Source: a virus
DNA length: 64,000 nucleotides
Virus record (IMG/VR): IMGVR_UViG_3300033141_003168
Coordinates: 32,001 to 96,000 of that record
Direction: 5' to 3' (one strand)
Every line of letters begins with the position of its first letter. The first letter of the stretch is position 1. Of the stretch, positions 20,991 to 32,161 are shown one piece after another. A program made the translations under genes and the position numbers. A model generated the notes under the pieces. The model made no database searches. It saw only the letters and a list, made by a program, of their open reading frames with translations, and had not been told where the DNA came from.

Positions 20991-21589
20991 AGATTAAACG
21001 TAGTTTAGAAAAACAAAGGACGGGTCGCAAAAAGTCCACGGCAAGGAAGGCTTCAAAGATTACTCAGTTTTCGGAACTCGATTTGCAAATGCCTAAGAAA
21101 AAAGCGGAATGGAAAATACAAGACTTCGATGGACTCGCAGAAGGCATGAAGGTCGCGGAAAGAATTGGATTGCCGACGCCGAAGTCGCCAACGGTTGAGG
21201 AGATCGACTGGCCGGGAGATGCACTTCCCGACGTATCTTATAAAGTGTTATCACAACTATTGGGGCAACTTGGTGAATTATCAGCTTATGCCTCATGGTT
21301 ACTCTTTGTTTCGGAGGCCGAAAGGGAAGCGTGGGAGGCGAAATATGTATATGCGTTAGAGCAACGTGTTTTGAAACACGAAAACGCAGGCTATCAACAA
21401 CGCAATCATGAACTTCGCGAAGCACTTGCAGACGGGGAACAAGATGTGAAATACAGGTTGAAAAGATTTTTAAGAGCATCGGCACTTGTGAAAATCATAG
21501 GTGGTTTAGTAGCGACGTATGACAATTACTACACGAAGTTGAGTCGGGAGTTAACAATGAGGGAGGCGGGGTGGCGAAAAACTCGTTAA
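20987..21589 (+). CDS. helical protein, possibly UvsY-like recombination mediator
   Basis: Coiled coil ending 'LSRELTMR' inside the recombination cluster; functional call is weak. Confidence 0.35.
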   Translation: MKIKRSLEKQRTGRKKSTARKASKITQFSELDLQMPKKKAEWKIQDFDGLAEGMKVAERIGLPTPKSPTVEEIDWPGDALPDVSYKVLSQLLGQLGELSAYASWLLFVSEAEREAWEAKYVYALEQRVLKHENAGYQQRNHELREALADGEQDVKYRLKRFLRASALVKIIGGLVATYDNYYTKLSRELTMREAGWRKTR

Positions 21590-21606
21590 CGCGGAAAGGA
21601 TAACAG

Positions 21607-22215
21607 ATGTCTGAGAAAAACACGCTAAAAGTTATATCGGTTGGTTTTGATCCCGGTTTTGGCAAAGGCGGGTATGCAATTACTTACGGCGAAAAAGCAC
21701 CGGGTAAACCGTGGAAGGCGCGAGTAATAGAATTTAATTATTTTAAGACCGATATTTCTAAGGCAAAGGGAAAAGGTCTTATTCGCGTTTCAAGCGACGA
21801 TCAGCGCAGGCTTGATGAAATATTAAAAGTAATCCTTTACGTTGCGGACAGGGCGACTGAGGCGCGGGAGAATGCAGGTGCGCAAGTAGTCATTGCCGGG
21901 ATGGAATGGTTCACACCTTTTAAGTCAGGTGGCAGAGGGTGGACGGCTGTACTCACGGTGGGAATGGTTTATGGATTATTCAGAACCCGCGCGGATCAAT
22001 TTTACGTTCATCTTAATACAGACATTAAAAAAGATTTCGCCGGAAAAGCAAAGGCTTCAAAAGAAGAAGTGATACAACTGGTTCAAGAGAAGTTCGGAAT
22101 CGACGAGTTTGAAGGTGCAAAAGAACTACGGGAGCATCAGGCAGATGCAATCGCAGTAACGATTTTGAATCTGTACGAGTACGACAAAATAATGAATCCT
22201 TTAGGGAGGGTATAG
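21607..22215 (+). CDS. ruvC: RuvC-like Holliday junction resolvase
   Basis: 'VGFDPG', 'GME', 'GKAKASKEEV', 'HQADAIAV'. Confidence 0.8.
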   Translation: MSEKNTLKVISVGFDPGFGKGGYAITYGEKAPGKPWKARVIEFNYFKTDISKAKGKGLIRVSSDDQRRLDEILKVILYVADRATEARENAGAQVVIAGMEWFTPFKSGGRGWTAVLTVGMVYGLFRTRADQFYVHLNTDIKKDFAGKAKASKEEVIQLVQEKFGIDEFEGAKELREHQADAIAVTILNLYEYDKIMNPLGRV

Positions 22216-22216
22216 A

Positions 22217-22828
22217 ATGGAAGAAATCAAACGTGTAAAAGACCCGGCAAAATTATTGATTAAAACTGGTTTGTTGTTTGAAATCAACAGGCGAGTGTTA
22301 CACCCGTTCGGACTTGCAATGGAAGTGATAGTGGTTGACAAGGCCGAAGAGTTCAAAGAAGAACTTGCAGACATTGAGGCGCAGATTGCGTATTGTAAAA
22401 TGGTGTCCGATACCGCGATCTTAAAACAAATGGTGGACAGGCATCGTGCTATGAATAAAATGCTTTTGGAATTTCTCGAACTCAAAAAGCAGTCGTGGTG
22501 CGGACGCATCGGTGGGATATGGGATTATCGCGACGATCCCGAAGGCATGTTGTTTCAAGAAGAGACGTTTCAAACGGGTGTCGAAAAGTTTGATAAATTC
22601 CTAAAGGGATTCGGAAACAAAAAAATCCAACAACGAAAAAAAGTTTTAGGTTTTGTCCTGCAAGGAGAAGAAAATACTAAGTTGTACCGCTACCCATGCA
22701 AAAATCGAGAACAAGATCATTTTCGTAAGTGCGAAGGTTGTGGTGATGAAGCGACTAAAGAAGATTGCGACGGAGTATCATTATGTCAGGAATGTTATGA
22801 TGAAATGAAGAATTTTTTTAATCTGTAG
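22217..22828 (+). CDS. hypothetical phage protein with C-terminal Zn ribbon
   Basis: 'EINRRVLHPFGLAM', 'WDYRDDPEG', two CxxC pairs. Confidence 0.6.
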   Translation: MEEIKRVKDPAKLLIKTGLLFEINRRVLHPFGLAMEVIVVDKAEEFKEELADIEAQIAYCKMVSDTAILKQMVDRHRAMNKMLLEFLELKKQSWCGRIGGIWDYRDDPEGMLFQEETFQTGVEKFDKFLKGFGNKKIQQRKKVLGFVLQGEENTKLYRYPCKNREQDHFRKCEGCGDEATKEDCDGVSLCQECYDEMKNFFNL

Positions 22829-22850
22829 CTGATTGAAAAGAGGTTGACAA

Positions 22851-24407
22851 GTGGCAAAGAAAAAACGCAATGAACAGGGTGAGTTCAGTTTCAAAGTTTC
22901 AAAGCACGATGTACAATTGATAAAGAAGCTCTACAAGAAACCTTTGAAGGAGCAAAATGCGGGTGCGTGGATCGAGGTTAACAAAGGTCGTGTCTATTTA
23001 TATCTTTGCACCTCGGCACGTCGGCGCACACAACGGCGTATAAGGTTAACGTGTAAAGCGAAAGGTCAGGGCATGGCGCACATACCACACGATTTACCTT
23101 CCCGTTTAGAAAGTTGCAAAGTTTCATTGAGTGGTGGCAAATTAAAACTTGGTCTCGATGAATTCAAACAGGCTGCGGCAATCAAGGAAGAACTTGAGGT
23201 GGTGAACATTTCAAACGAAACATTAGTTTACAAAGGCAAGTTAGGCGAGTTGCGCGAAGCAATTCAGTATGCGACTTCGTTTCTATACGAAGATGACGGT
23301 ACGGCAAAGAGTGATTGGTACGGCAATAGCCCAAATCTTAAAGAAGCTTTACCAAGGGCGATACAGTTTTACGATGATAAATGTTATTGTTTAAATAGTT
23401 ACTACATGGTCGTTTATAAAGTGTGCGGAATAAAGAAATCGTTTACACTGAATAACGCCGCGCATAAAGATTTTCTCGCGACGACTAAATCATTGAAAGC
23501 ACATTTATCCGATAATACTATAGTGAAGATATTTCTTACAGACGACAATGGCAAAGGGCAGGGCGGTACGCCACCTTCAAACGCTTTGATTTCGCAACCA
23601 TACGTTCTGCGGATCGGCAAACACTATCAATATTATTATGAAACATTTAAACTCAAACCGGACTGGTACAGCCGGAATTTTGAAAGGATTATGGGGACGC
23701 AAACAAGATATATATGGAGTGCGGAGTTTTCTCCGAACAAGATTCTCGAACCGATAGAAAAGTTTAAAAAGGAAATAGTGGAAGCATTAATGATTGCTGA
23801 TTCGGAATTAAAAAGTGCGAGCGCAAGGAAAATTTTTGAAAGCGAATTTCCTTTCATAAAATTTGGGATTCATTGCCACGACATTTTGGAAATAAAAGTT
23901 GAAGCACAATCAAAATTTTCAGAATTGTCGAATTCATTTTGCGAAAAAAGATGGAGAATTAAAGGCAAAAATAGTCTTGTCGCTTCCGGACTTGAGAAAT
24001 TTTTGTATCCTTTTGAATTCACTTTGAATCGAGGCTACGTTAACAAAGTGTTTTCACATCGTAAAATTCAGAACGGCAAGTTCCGTTTATATTATCTTGG
24101 CCCATTTCAACCAGTGGTTTTTAAATGTGACGGATTAAAAGGTGGGATTATGATAGTGGGGACGGGATTAGAGAGTCGGTTTGATAAAAGGTTTATGGAA
24201 CATGGATACGCGGGGCCGTTCAGATTGGGCGAAAATGTAATTGGGATGAATCTTAAAGGGGCGACAATAGAAGGTAAAGTTATTGAATTAGGACAATTAC
24301 TAACGGTTCAAGATGACGATTGCGAAAGGCGTTTTGCGATGTTTGGTTCGGCAGTTTCGCAAGAACCTAAGTACCCGGCAAACTTCAGGTGGAGAAATGA
24401 AGGTTAA
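22851..24407 (+). CDS. possible divergent sliding-clamp (DnaN-like) protein
   Basis: C-terminal 'FTLNRGYV...LYYLGPFQPVVF...GIM' resembles the last beta-clamp domain; the phage has DnaE. Confidence 0.35.
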   Translation: MAKKKRNEQGEFSFKVSKHDVQLIKKLYKKPLKEQNAGAWIEVNKGRVYLYLCTSARRRTQRRIRLTCKAKGQGMAHIPHDLPSRLESCKVSLSGGKLKLGLDEFKQAAAIKEELEVVNISNETLVYKGKLGELREAIQYATSFLYEDDGTAKSDWYGNSPNLKEALPRAIQFYDDKCYCLNSYYMVVYKVCGIKKSFTLNNAAHKDFLATTKSLKAHLSDNTIVKIFLTDDNGKGQGGTPPSNALISQPYVLRIGKHYQYYYETFKLKPDWYSRNFERIMGTQTRYIWSAEFSPNKILEPIEKFKKEIVEALMIADSELKSASARKIFESEFPFIKFGIHCHDILEIKVEAQSKFSELSNSFCEKRWRIKGKNSLVASGLEKFLYPFEFTLNRGYVNKVFSHRKIQNGKFRLYYLGPFQPVVFKCDGLKGGIMIVGTGLESRFDKRFMEHGYAGPFRLGENVIGMNLKGATIEGKVIELGQLLTVQDDDCERRFAMFGSAVSQEPKYPANFRWRNEG

Positions 24408-24672
24408 CTTCGAGGTAATAGAGTCGGATTTATGCGCATATAAAGTACAGGCGATCTTTTGTGGGGTCGTAGTGATCTTTAAGTTTAATCAAGCTAAACC
24501 CCAGGTGTTCGAATCTTGCGTTTGCGATACTAATGGGATTGACCTTGGACCGAAAATTCACAAGGATAATGAATTTAAAAATTTCGTAGATGCAGTAATA
24601 GATCGGTTTTTTCACGAGGTAGCCGAACCAAGACAGAAACGAATCTTCAGTTTTAAAATAAACTAAAAGGGA

Positions 24673-25484
24673 ATGAACATGGAAATTAGAAACCAGTTGG
24701 GAATGTTCCCTGACATCAATCGAGTAACAATGACGACGCAGGCGGAGGCGTTGGAAGCAGTAGAAAAATTCTTTGGAAGAGTGCAACGCGCAACAAATGA
24801 AATGTCCCGGCAGGTACTCAATAGTGTTGTAGGATCGTTGACGTTTACCAAGCGTGGGAAAAAACCCATGAACAAAGACTGCACCTTATGGCAACACGAA
24901 AAGGTTAGTAAAGAATTGCACAATGAAATAGTTGAAGTGTTGGACGTATTACACTCCGCGCCACCTTGCGATTATTTTGGGCAAATTGCAACGGAACACG
25001 GTGCACTCGACAAACATAAATCACAATTTTTACACCCCCTCAAGTTGGCGAAATGATGGTTAAAATGATGTTCCCGGATATTCACAACGACGACAAATTT
25101 ATTACTGCGGCAGACCCATGTTGCGGTACAGGTAGATTTTCTTTATACACTTTAATCCAGAGAAAAAATATTGCCTTCTATTCCAATGATGTAGACATAG
25201 ACTTGATAAGGGCGGCGGCTTTAACACACTGGATTTATTTTCCAATGGATCAAGAATGGGTTAAAGAGGATAAACGGTTTTGGTTTTTTCTCAGAATGAA
25301 TTCTTTAAGTCATCCAGTGGGTAGTGATTCGACCGAATGGTTATTCTCAAATCGTTGGGATCAACCCGCCAGTCTTTTGGAGGCACCGGACTCGCGTGGT
25401 TATACCGCAGAAGAAGTGAAGATGATTTTTGAATCAGTGAAAGGAGAGCCAAGTGGCGATCTCAAAACGCCTACGCAGTTGTGA
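24673..25484 (+). pseudogene. N6-adenine MTase-like gene split by a 1-nt frameshift
   Basis: 'DYFGQ...KSQF' continues as 'FTPPQVGEMMVKMM...DPCCGTGRF...DVD' in the -1 frame at the T5 run 25027-25031. Confidence 0.7.
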
Positions 25485-26451
25485 AAGGGGATAAGTAATG
25501 TGGAAAGAAAAATTTAAACTGCCAAAGTTGGATAAAGAACAAACGTCGGACTTGCGAATCGCAGTCAGTTTGCGGATTATAAAACCGAAACCGGAAGTCA
25601 AAGGTTGTTCACTTTGCAAGAAATACAAATCTACTCAACGTCACAAGACTGTATTATGTGAGGCGAAGTGTCCGGCAAACGTAATGTTCCGAATACATCG
25701 CAGGGTACAAGAACGTTCGGCGATGAGCAACGGATTCATGCAGTACGACTCAACTATTTGCGGACACTATGCGGCGTTGTATGCGAAGAAAAAAACGAGG
25801 CAACAAGCAATTAATTTCATTAACGAAGTCGATATGCAACTTCGATTAAAGGAGAAGGCATGAAGACTAATTTGCGGAGAGTAATTCATAATGTTTTAGC
25901 ACAGGCGTTTCTTACAGGACTTGGTTTTATCGGCGCATTTTTATTCAGGAATGTTTGGTGCATTTTTGTTGCACTCGTGTTGGTGTTTTTTACCTATGCG
26001 GTTTTTTCGGATACACCAGATAAGGAAGGGTAAGGGGGTGATAAGGATGACAGATGAAAAAAAAGATCAAGAGCAAATTAACCATTATTCCCGCGAATTA
26101 ACGAAGACAGAAAAGTTAGTTTCGGAAACGGTTCACAAGTTTGTGGGTATGAACGGTTCAGGTTTCGGGATTTACAACTCCGCAACAGAAAAACTGGTAT
26201 TGGTTGTGGGTATGTCGATCATACGCAGTGCCTTTGCAATGTGCCTTAGAGAAGGGTTGATAAAAGGCTATGAAGTTTTGCGAGTGATTCGAGTAGACGA
26301 CCCGGTAATACTTGAAGGTATGAAATCAGAAGTGGTGGTAGGAGTCAACGCGCTGATCTCGTTTGAAAAGCCAAGTTTGCTGTTGACACCAAAAGCACAG
26401 GAGGATAAGTTTGAAGTACGGTCATTTAATACGGTTTTTGAAATCACTTAA

Positions 26452-26478
26452 AAACTACTCCGGTTTCCGTAGTAATTA
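26452..26478. repeat. 27-bp palindromic element, copy 5
   Basis: AAACTACTCCGG-TTT-CCGTAGTAATTA, intergenic. Confidence 0.9.
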
Positions 26479-26502
26479 AATTTTTGGAAAGGAAAAATAA
26501 AA

Positions 26503-27012
26503 ATGGAAGAACGACCAAACGTAATAGTTGGGAGAACGGTAAGAGCAAGAACCGGGTGCGGTAATTTATACATTACCCTCAACGAGAGTGATGGTAAGTT
26601 ATTTGAAGTCTTTACACAAATGGGACATTCGGGAGGATGCGCGGCGGCGCAATCACAGGCCGAGTCGTTGACTTTATCAATAGCCCTACGCAGTGGAGCC
26701 GATCCTTTTGAACTAATGACACGACTTGTAGGTATACGATGTGACCACGAAGGGGAAGGCACAAACGGAATCCTCGGTTGTCCCGATGCACTGGGTAGGG
26801 CTATCGGTTATTGGATGGGTTATTACGATGAAAATTTACAGCCTATCGCGGGTAAGGAATTAAAAATGTGTAACATTTGCCAAAAACAAAGTGGGTATTT
26901 TTACGAATGTTGTGAGTGCGGAAAATTTGTGTGTCTACGATGTTCACCGCGAGGTTTTACGAATCGAGAATTGTGTCGATATTGTGTTGAAACAGAGCAG
27001 AAGAAAGGGTGA
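26503..27012 (+). CDS. stand-alone TSCPD domain (class II ribonucleotide reductase C-terminal-like) with Zn finger
   Basis: 'TGCGNLYITLN...FEVF...GGC...LVGIRC...GCPDALGRAI'. Confidence 0.8.
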   Translation: MEERPNVIVGRTVRARTGCGNLYITLNESDGKLFEVFTQMGHSGGCAAAQSQAESLTLSIALRSGADPFELMTRLVGIRCDHEGEGTNGILGCPDALGRAIGYWMGYYDENLQPIAGKELKMCNICQKQSGYFYECCECGKFVCLRCSPRGFTNRELCRYCVETEQKKG

Positions 27013-27221
27013 CTTAATTCTTTACCGCTGCGCCTGATGGAAGGAGGTGATTTAAATGAGCCAAAATGTAAAAGAGGAAAATGAAGTAACAAAACATTGT
27101 AGAACTTGCGGTAAATGTTGCCAAGAAGGGTGTGGACTTGGTGGTGATTGTGGAGTTGATTACATTCACTGGGAAGCCGTTGTTGGCGAAGAAACAAAGG
27201 AAGTGAAAGGAGAAGAATAAA

Positions 27222-28070
27222 TTGATTTTGATTACAGTTATAGTTTTGTTGGCAGGTGCACTTGGTTGGGGATTGCGTGGGGTATTAGGCGGATTTCTTG
27301 GCGCACTCGCACCCGGCATGATGGTAGGTACAGTTTTAGCGATAGGCATGAAACCCGAACACCCCGAAACTTTCGTACTTATTATTACTATCGCGTCGGG
27401 TTCGTGTGGGATTATACCTTATGCGAAGTTTCTTAATTGGATAATAACGACACCGGAGAAATTTATTAAAGGCGTTGTGGGTTATGTCGGTGTGAGTTGC
27501 CTGTGGGGTTTAATAATGGGAGCCGCGGTTAGTGTGTTATTTAAAGGGGCTTGGGATGCGGAGATTATTTTTATCCCGGCTTTCGTTTCTGGTGTGATAG
27601 GTTTTTTCGCATCATACGCACTAAAATATTTTGTGATTAAAGGACATCCGTATCCGTGGAAAATGTTGGAGTTTATTTCAGGCGTCGGAGTGTTCGCGTC
27701 CTTGCCATACATACTACAACAAACGAGCGTGAGTGCGCGTGTAACGAACGAAAACGCGGCAATGATTATATTGGTCATTGTTTTATTAACGCCTGTTATA
27801 ACCACGATCAGGCGCGTCCTAAACGATTGGACTGTTCAGGTGGATATTGTGTTTAGTTTGTTGTACGCAATCGGCATAGTCGGGAGTTGGTTTTGCAAGG
27901 TGATGCCGATGGAGTTAAATCCGATTCTCGCAATCACTTGGTACACTTATGTTGCCGATCTGAAACACGCGGCGACTGATCCAAACGCGAGGCCGATTCG
28001 CATGGCGTTTCTTGCGTTGTGGTTTGTTACGATAATTTTCACAGTAATGTTGGTAATATTAAGGAGGTAG
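27222..28070 (+). CDS. polytopic membrane protein
   Basis: About 8-9 hydrophobic segments. Confidence 0.65.
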   Translation: MILITVIVLLAGALGWGLRGVLGGFLGALAPGMMVGTVLAIGMKPEHPETFVLIITIASGSCGIIPYAKFLNWIITTPEKFIKGVVGYVGVSCLWGLIMGAAVSVLFKGAWDAEIIFIPAFVSGVIGFFASYALKYFVIKGHPYPWKMLEFISGVGVFASLPYILQQTSVSARVTNENAAMIILVIVLLTPVITTIRRVLNDWTVQVDIVFSLLYAIGIVGSWFCKVMPMELNPILAITWYTYVADLKHAATDPNARPIRMAFLALWFVTIIFTVMLVILRR

Positions 28071-28351
28071 AAAGTGAGTAATAAAGAAAAGCAAGATTGT
28101 GCGGAAGCAAGGGATTGCTTGCAAGTACCGTTTTCAGGTTACATGGTTCTTAAATATCAGAGCGGGAAACCCGTTATTGCCGTTCAATCAACAGGGATAG
28201 TTTGGAATGATATTTTCTGTAGTTTGTGTGATAAGTCATTGATTGAACAATCAAAAGAATTTCAAACTTTAGTTGCGCGAACACTTGGAGATAGAGATAT
28301 TATAGTTTCGTTAAAATTGAAGTTACATAGATCAGAAGGTGAGGATAAGTA

Positions 28352-30499
28352 ATGAAAACAATAACTATCGAAGCAACAACCATTTCGGATGCCTGGTTTC
28401 AGTGCATCTGGAGCCTGATAGATAACGGCTTCACTTACAAGATCGAGGATGGTTCATTTGTGGGCGATAAGCGGCTTGAGTTTGATTTTATCACAGTTGT
28501 GATTACACATCCGCAAACAAGACCGCTCGAACCGGATATACCGCCAGATTATGGAATACCTAATCCAGTTGAGCCGGGATATATCGACAAGTATGTTCCT
28601 TACCTTATGACGGCGCATAAAGAACCGGGAGAACAGTACACCTACGGTTCACGTTTGATGGAAGGTGATGCTTACGAGGACGAGACTTTTCGCGCTCCTG
28701 ATTTTCCTGATACTCCGCTGTATATTTTGAACTGGGTTAATCAGGTTCAGCATTTTATAAAGCGCATGAGAGAAAAGCCAAACGGCAATCAATACATCCT
28801 GCAAGTTGGTCAACCTTCTGATTGTCTATTACCAGACCCGCCTTGCGTTCTACCAGATTCATTGATATTTACTGAAGATGGTTATACAAAAGCTAAAGAT
28901 ATAAAAGAAGGAGACAGGCTATTTACCCATAAAGGAAGAGTAAAGAAGGTAACAAAAGTATTTAACAGAAAATATGACGGTAAAATAAACAACATAAGTA
29001 CAAAATTGCGTAAAACTACGTTGTCACTTACACCAGAGCATCTAGTGTTTGTTATAAAAGTAGATAAGTGTTACGATAAGAAAATGACATGTAAACCATT
29101 GTGCAAAAAACAATATTCGTGTTATGAAAAACAAGGGTTAACATGTAAAAAGTCTTACAAGGATTATAAAGAGGAATGGATAGATTCAAAAAATATAACA
29201 ACAAATCATTTTCTTCCTTTCCCAAGATTTGATTATAGTTATATGCCAGCTGTGGATATAAGTATAGAAGAGTTAAGTGTCATGGGATTATTTTTAGCTG
29301 AAGGGGATTATTCTGATGGGTTAAGATTCAGTCTCGGAGAGCATGAAGAAGATTTAATAATAACAATAATTTCGTTGATGAAAAAGGTTTATGGGTTAAA
29401 GCCGCATATCGATAATCACGGGCAAGGTTCTTCAAGAATAAAATTTTATTCAAAGGAATTAGAAAATAAATATAGAGAATTATTTGGTGCAGGTGCAAGA
29501 AATAAAAAAATACCATTTAATTTTTTGTCCCTTAGTATAGAAAAATTACAAGCATTTATAGATAGTTTTATCGAAGGAGATGGATACAGAAGAATAAATA
29601 GAGAACAAACAAACATATTTACGACATCTGAGCAAATGTATAAAATGTTTGAGCTTATATTGATAAAAATAGGGTATATGCCTTCGACCAGTATTGTGAA
29701 TATTAAAGATTCTAATATAAATGGAAGGGTGATAAAAGCCAATGGCGTAGGGTATAATTTATCGTTTATAGAGAAAAGAACAAAAGATAAATACTTATGG
29801 AGTAATAATGAATATTTTTACATTCCGATCAATAGTATATCTACTGTAGATTATAGTGGTGATGTATATAATTTTGAAGTAGAGGATGACAATTCGTATA
29901 TAGCTGATAATATAGTTGTTCATAATTGTCTGCGCCACATAGACATGAGGATTAAGGACGGCGAGTTAATTTTCTACCCCTATTTTCGGAGTTGGGATTT
30001 ATGGTCTGGCTTCCCGGCGAACCTTGGAGGACTCGTACACTTACAGGAATACATGGCGGATGAGATCGGAGTCAAGCCGGGGCCGTTTGTTTGTTCCTCA
30101 AAGGGTCTGCACATCTACAAGTATGTATGGGAACTCGCGGAGATCAGGACGGGTAAGAAAGTCGGCATACCAATAGCGACACCTGACGGCGACGACCCGC
30201 CGAGTGATTCTATTCAGATGTTTGACGAAGCGCGGAAAGAATGGATTTGGGTTCCCGAAGGAACTGCATATATGCCTATAAAAGATTTTGAAAGTGTGCA
30301 TAATATGTTGCTACTTGTTGATTGTGACGGGCAATTCGGGCGCACTCCGAAGATAAGCGAGATCGAGTCATGGACAAATCAGGACAGGCAAGAAGTTATA
30401 TCGTGGGCGGAATCGGTTTACTTTGATGCGTCAGATAATGACGTTGACATTCCTGAAATCCCTTATGTACTAACGGTCTTGCCGAAGGCGGCGTTATAA
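28352..30499 (+). CDS. thyA: thymidylate synthase (ThyA fold) with intein and C-terminal extension
   Basis: 'YTYGSRL', 'DPP|C LRHID', 'FRSWD...FPAN', 'GLHIY'. Confidence 0.85.
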   Translation: MKTITIEATTISDAWFQCIWSLIDNGFTYKIEDGSFVGDKRLEFDFITVVITHPQTRPLEPDIPPDYGIPNPVEPGYIDKYVPYLMTAHKEPGEQYTYGSRLMEGDAYEDETFRAPDFPDTPLYILNWVNQVQHFIKRMREKPNGNQYILQVGQPSDCLLPDPPCVLPDSLIFTEDGYTKAKDIKEGDRLFTHKGRVKKVTKVFNRKYDGKINNISTKLRKTTLSLTPEHLVFVIKVDKCYDKKMTCKPLCKKQYSCYEKQGLTCKKSYKDYKEEWIDSKNITTNHFLPFPRFDYSYMPAVDISIEELSVMGLFLAEGDYSDGLRFSLGEHEEDLIITIISLMKKVYGLKPHIDNHGQGSSRIKFYSKELENKYRELFGAGARNKKIPFNFLSLSIEKLQAFIDSFIEGDGYRRINREQTNIFTTSEQMYKMFELILIKIGYMPSTSIVNIKDSNINGRVIKANGVGYNLSFIEKRTKDKYLWSNNEYFYIPINSISTVDYSGDVYNFEVEDDNSYIADNIVVHNCLRHIDMRIKDGELIFYPYFRSWDLWSGFPANLGGLVHLQEYMADEIGVKPGPFVCSSKGLHIYKYVWELAEIRTGKKVGIPIATPDGDDPPSDSIQMFDEARKEWIWVPEGTAYMPIKDFESVHNMLLLVDCDGQFGRTPKISEIESWTNQDRQEVISWAESVYFDASDNDVDIPEIPYVLTVLPKAAL
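28844..29926 (+). mobile_element. intein with LAGLIDADG homing endonuclease (361 aa)
   Basis: Starts 'CVLPDS', block B 'LTPEH', 'GLFLAEGD' and 'FIEGDG', ends 'VYNFEV...VVHN' before Cys; visibly more AT-rich than its flanks. Confidence 0.92.
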
Positions 30500-31334
30500 T
30501 GTTCAAATTTGAAACCGAATTAATAAGCTCGTTATTTAAAAAATCTAAGGAGGTAAAATGAGTAGAAAGAACAAAAGGTCGTTGCGTAAGAAACGAAAAC
30601 GCAAGACTAAGAAAAAGGAGGAAGTGAATGGATATAGAAGACAGAAATGCGGAACTAAGTGAAAAAGAAATATTGGGATGCAGGCTTGTGGCGTTTGTAC
30701 TGAAACAAAAAGACCAAGTAATAAACAATCGTCTGGTGTCTTTGTTCAGAACCGAGTTTGAAGTTCGCGCGGAACTGATAGTAGAAAGCAAACGGTGGAT
30801 TTACAGTCCAGAACCGTTTGAGGATGCAAAAAGAAATTATATTTTTCATCGCAGAGGTTCCGGTATCGTGAAGTTTAGTTTGGCTTGCGAGGGTGAAAGT
30901 CCAGTGGAAGTTGAACTAAACCTTGAAACAAAAGAAGTCAGTACGTTTCATACACAGGGAATGATATTTCAATAGGAGATGCATTATGTTTTTTGAAGAA
31001 GGTTCACACAAGCTTACTAATGATGAAGTCGAAGTGTTTCATGTTATATCTAAGTTGTTAAAATTTGCGGAAGAAAAAATGTTTGAACCCGTAGATCAAG
31101 AATTACTATCAGATTTTAATATCGAATTTGGCGTTCAAGGTGATTTGGTATTTGATACAGGAGGTCATTTCAAACCCAAATCCAGACATTATATCCGATA
31201 TTTTCCGACAAACGGGAAAACACATTTTTGCGTTCTTTCTAATAGTACATTCATCATTGTAATTGTGTCCGGAGGCAATGAACCGATTGAACTGGAAATA
31301 TTATGAACGCTAAGAAAAAATCACTTTACAAAGG

Positions 31335-31742
31335 ATGCGGTTTCAACAGGGAGGAAGTATAATGCAAAAGACACCCGGCAGACATGCAGCATGGCTATTT
31401 ACAGAGCAAAGAATGAAAGCGGTTAAAAAGTATATCGTGAACCTCATGGGGCTTGAGGATTTTCTTCGTGACTATCTTGACAAGTCACCCGACGATAGCT
31501 CGACTGACGTAATGCACTGGTCAAACATTTTCATTTATAACTACGGCGATTTTATAAAACAAATCGTGTACCGAAAAACCTACGGCGGCAAGAGGTGGGA
31601 GAAACGACTGGCGACCGAAGCATTCGGTGAGGCGATGTTTGCCTTAATGATAGTTGCAATCAAGAGCGGTATTGACATTGCAGAAGCGGCAGACATAGTT
31701 GCCGACAAGTATAACAATCAGGAATGGAAGAAGAAGAATTAG
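31335..31742 (+). CDS. MazG-like all-alpha NTP pyrophosphatase (putative)
   Basis: 'EAFGEAMFALMIVAIKSGIDIAEA' resembles the MazG C-terminal helices; close to thyA. Confidence 0.4.
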   Translation: MRFQQGGSIMQKTPGRHAAWLFTEQRMKAVKKYIVNLMGLEDFLRDYLDKSPDDSSTDVMHWSNIFIYNYGDFIKQIVYRKTYGGKRWEKRLATEAFGEAMFALMIVAIKSGIDIAEAADIVADKYNNQEWKKKN

Positions 31743-31927
31743 GAAAGGAGGAGTTACCAGCTATGAAATCACTAAAAGATGAAATCTCTTCTGGCGAAGA
31801 TCATGCACAAAAAGCAGAAGACAAACACCTCGCATCGGTACCGGAATCATGTCGCGACTGCAAAAGTGTATTTGTATGTGGTTGGAAACATCGGCATAAA
31901 GAGTGTGACGGCAAGGAATAGATTTTA

Positions 31928-31954
31928 AAACTAATCCGGTAACCGGGGTAATTT
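31928..31954. repeat. 27-bp palindromic element, copy 6 (degenerate)
   Basis: AAACTAATCCGG-TAA-CCGGGGTAATTT, intergenic before an RBS. Confidence 0.8.
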
Positions 31955-32161
31955 TCGAGGAGAGAAAATGAGTAAAGGCCACAAGATACACAGTTCGCTT
32001 TTTGCCGTAGTAATCAACGGCGACGAAATACTTCTTGATCCACACGGCAGGCCATTTTTGTTTGTCGAGGAGAGCAGGGCCGAGAATGTTATTAGCGGCT
32101 TAGACTTTTACCCTTCGTCTGCGAAGGTTCACGAAGTAGACGTTGACGACATAGGGGAGGT

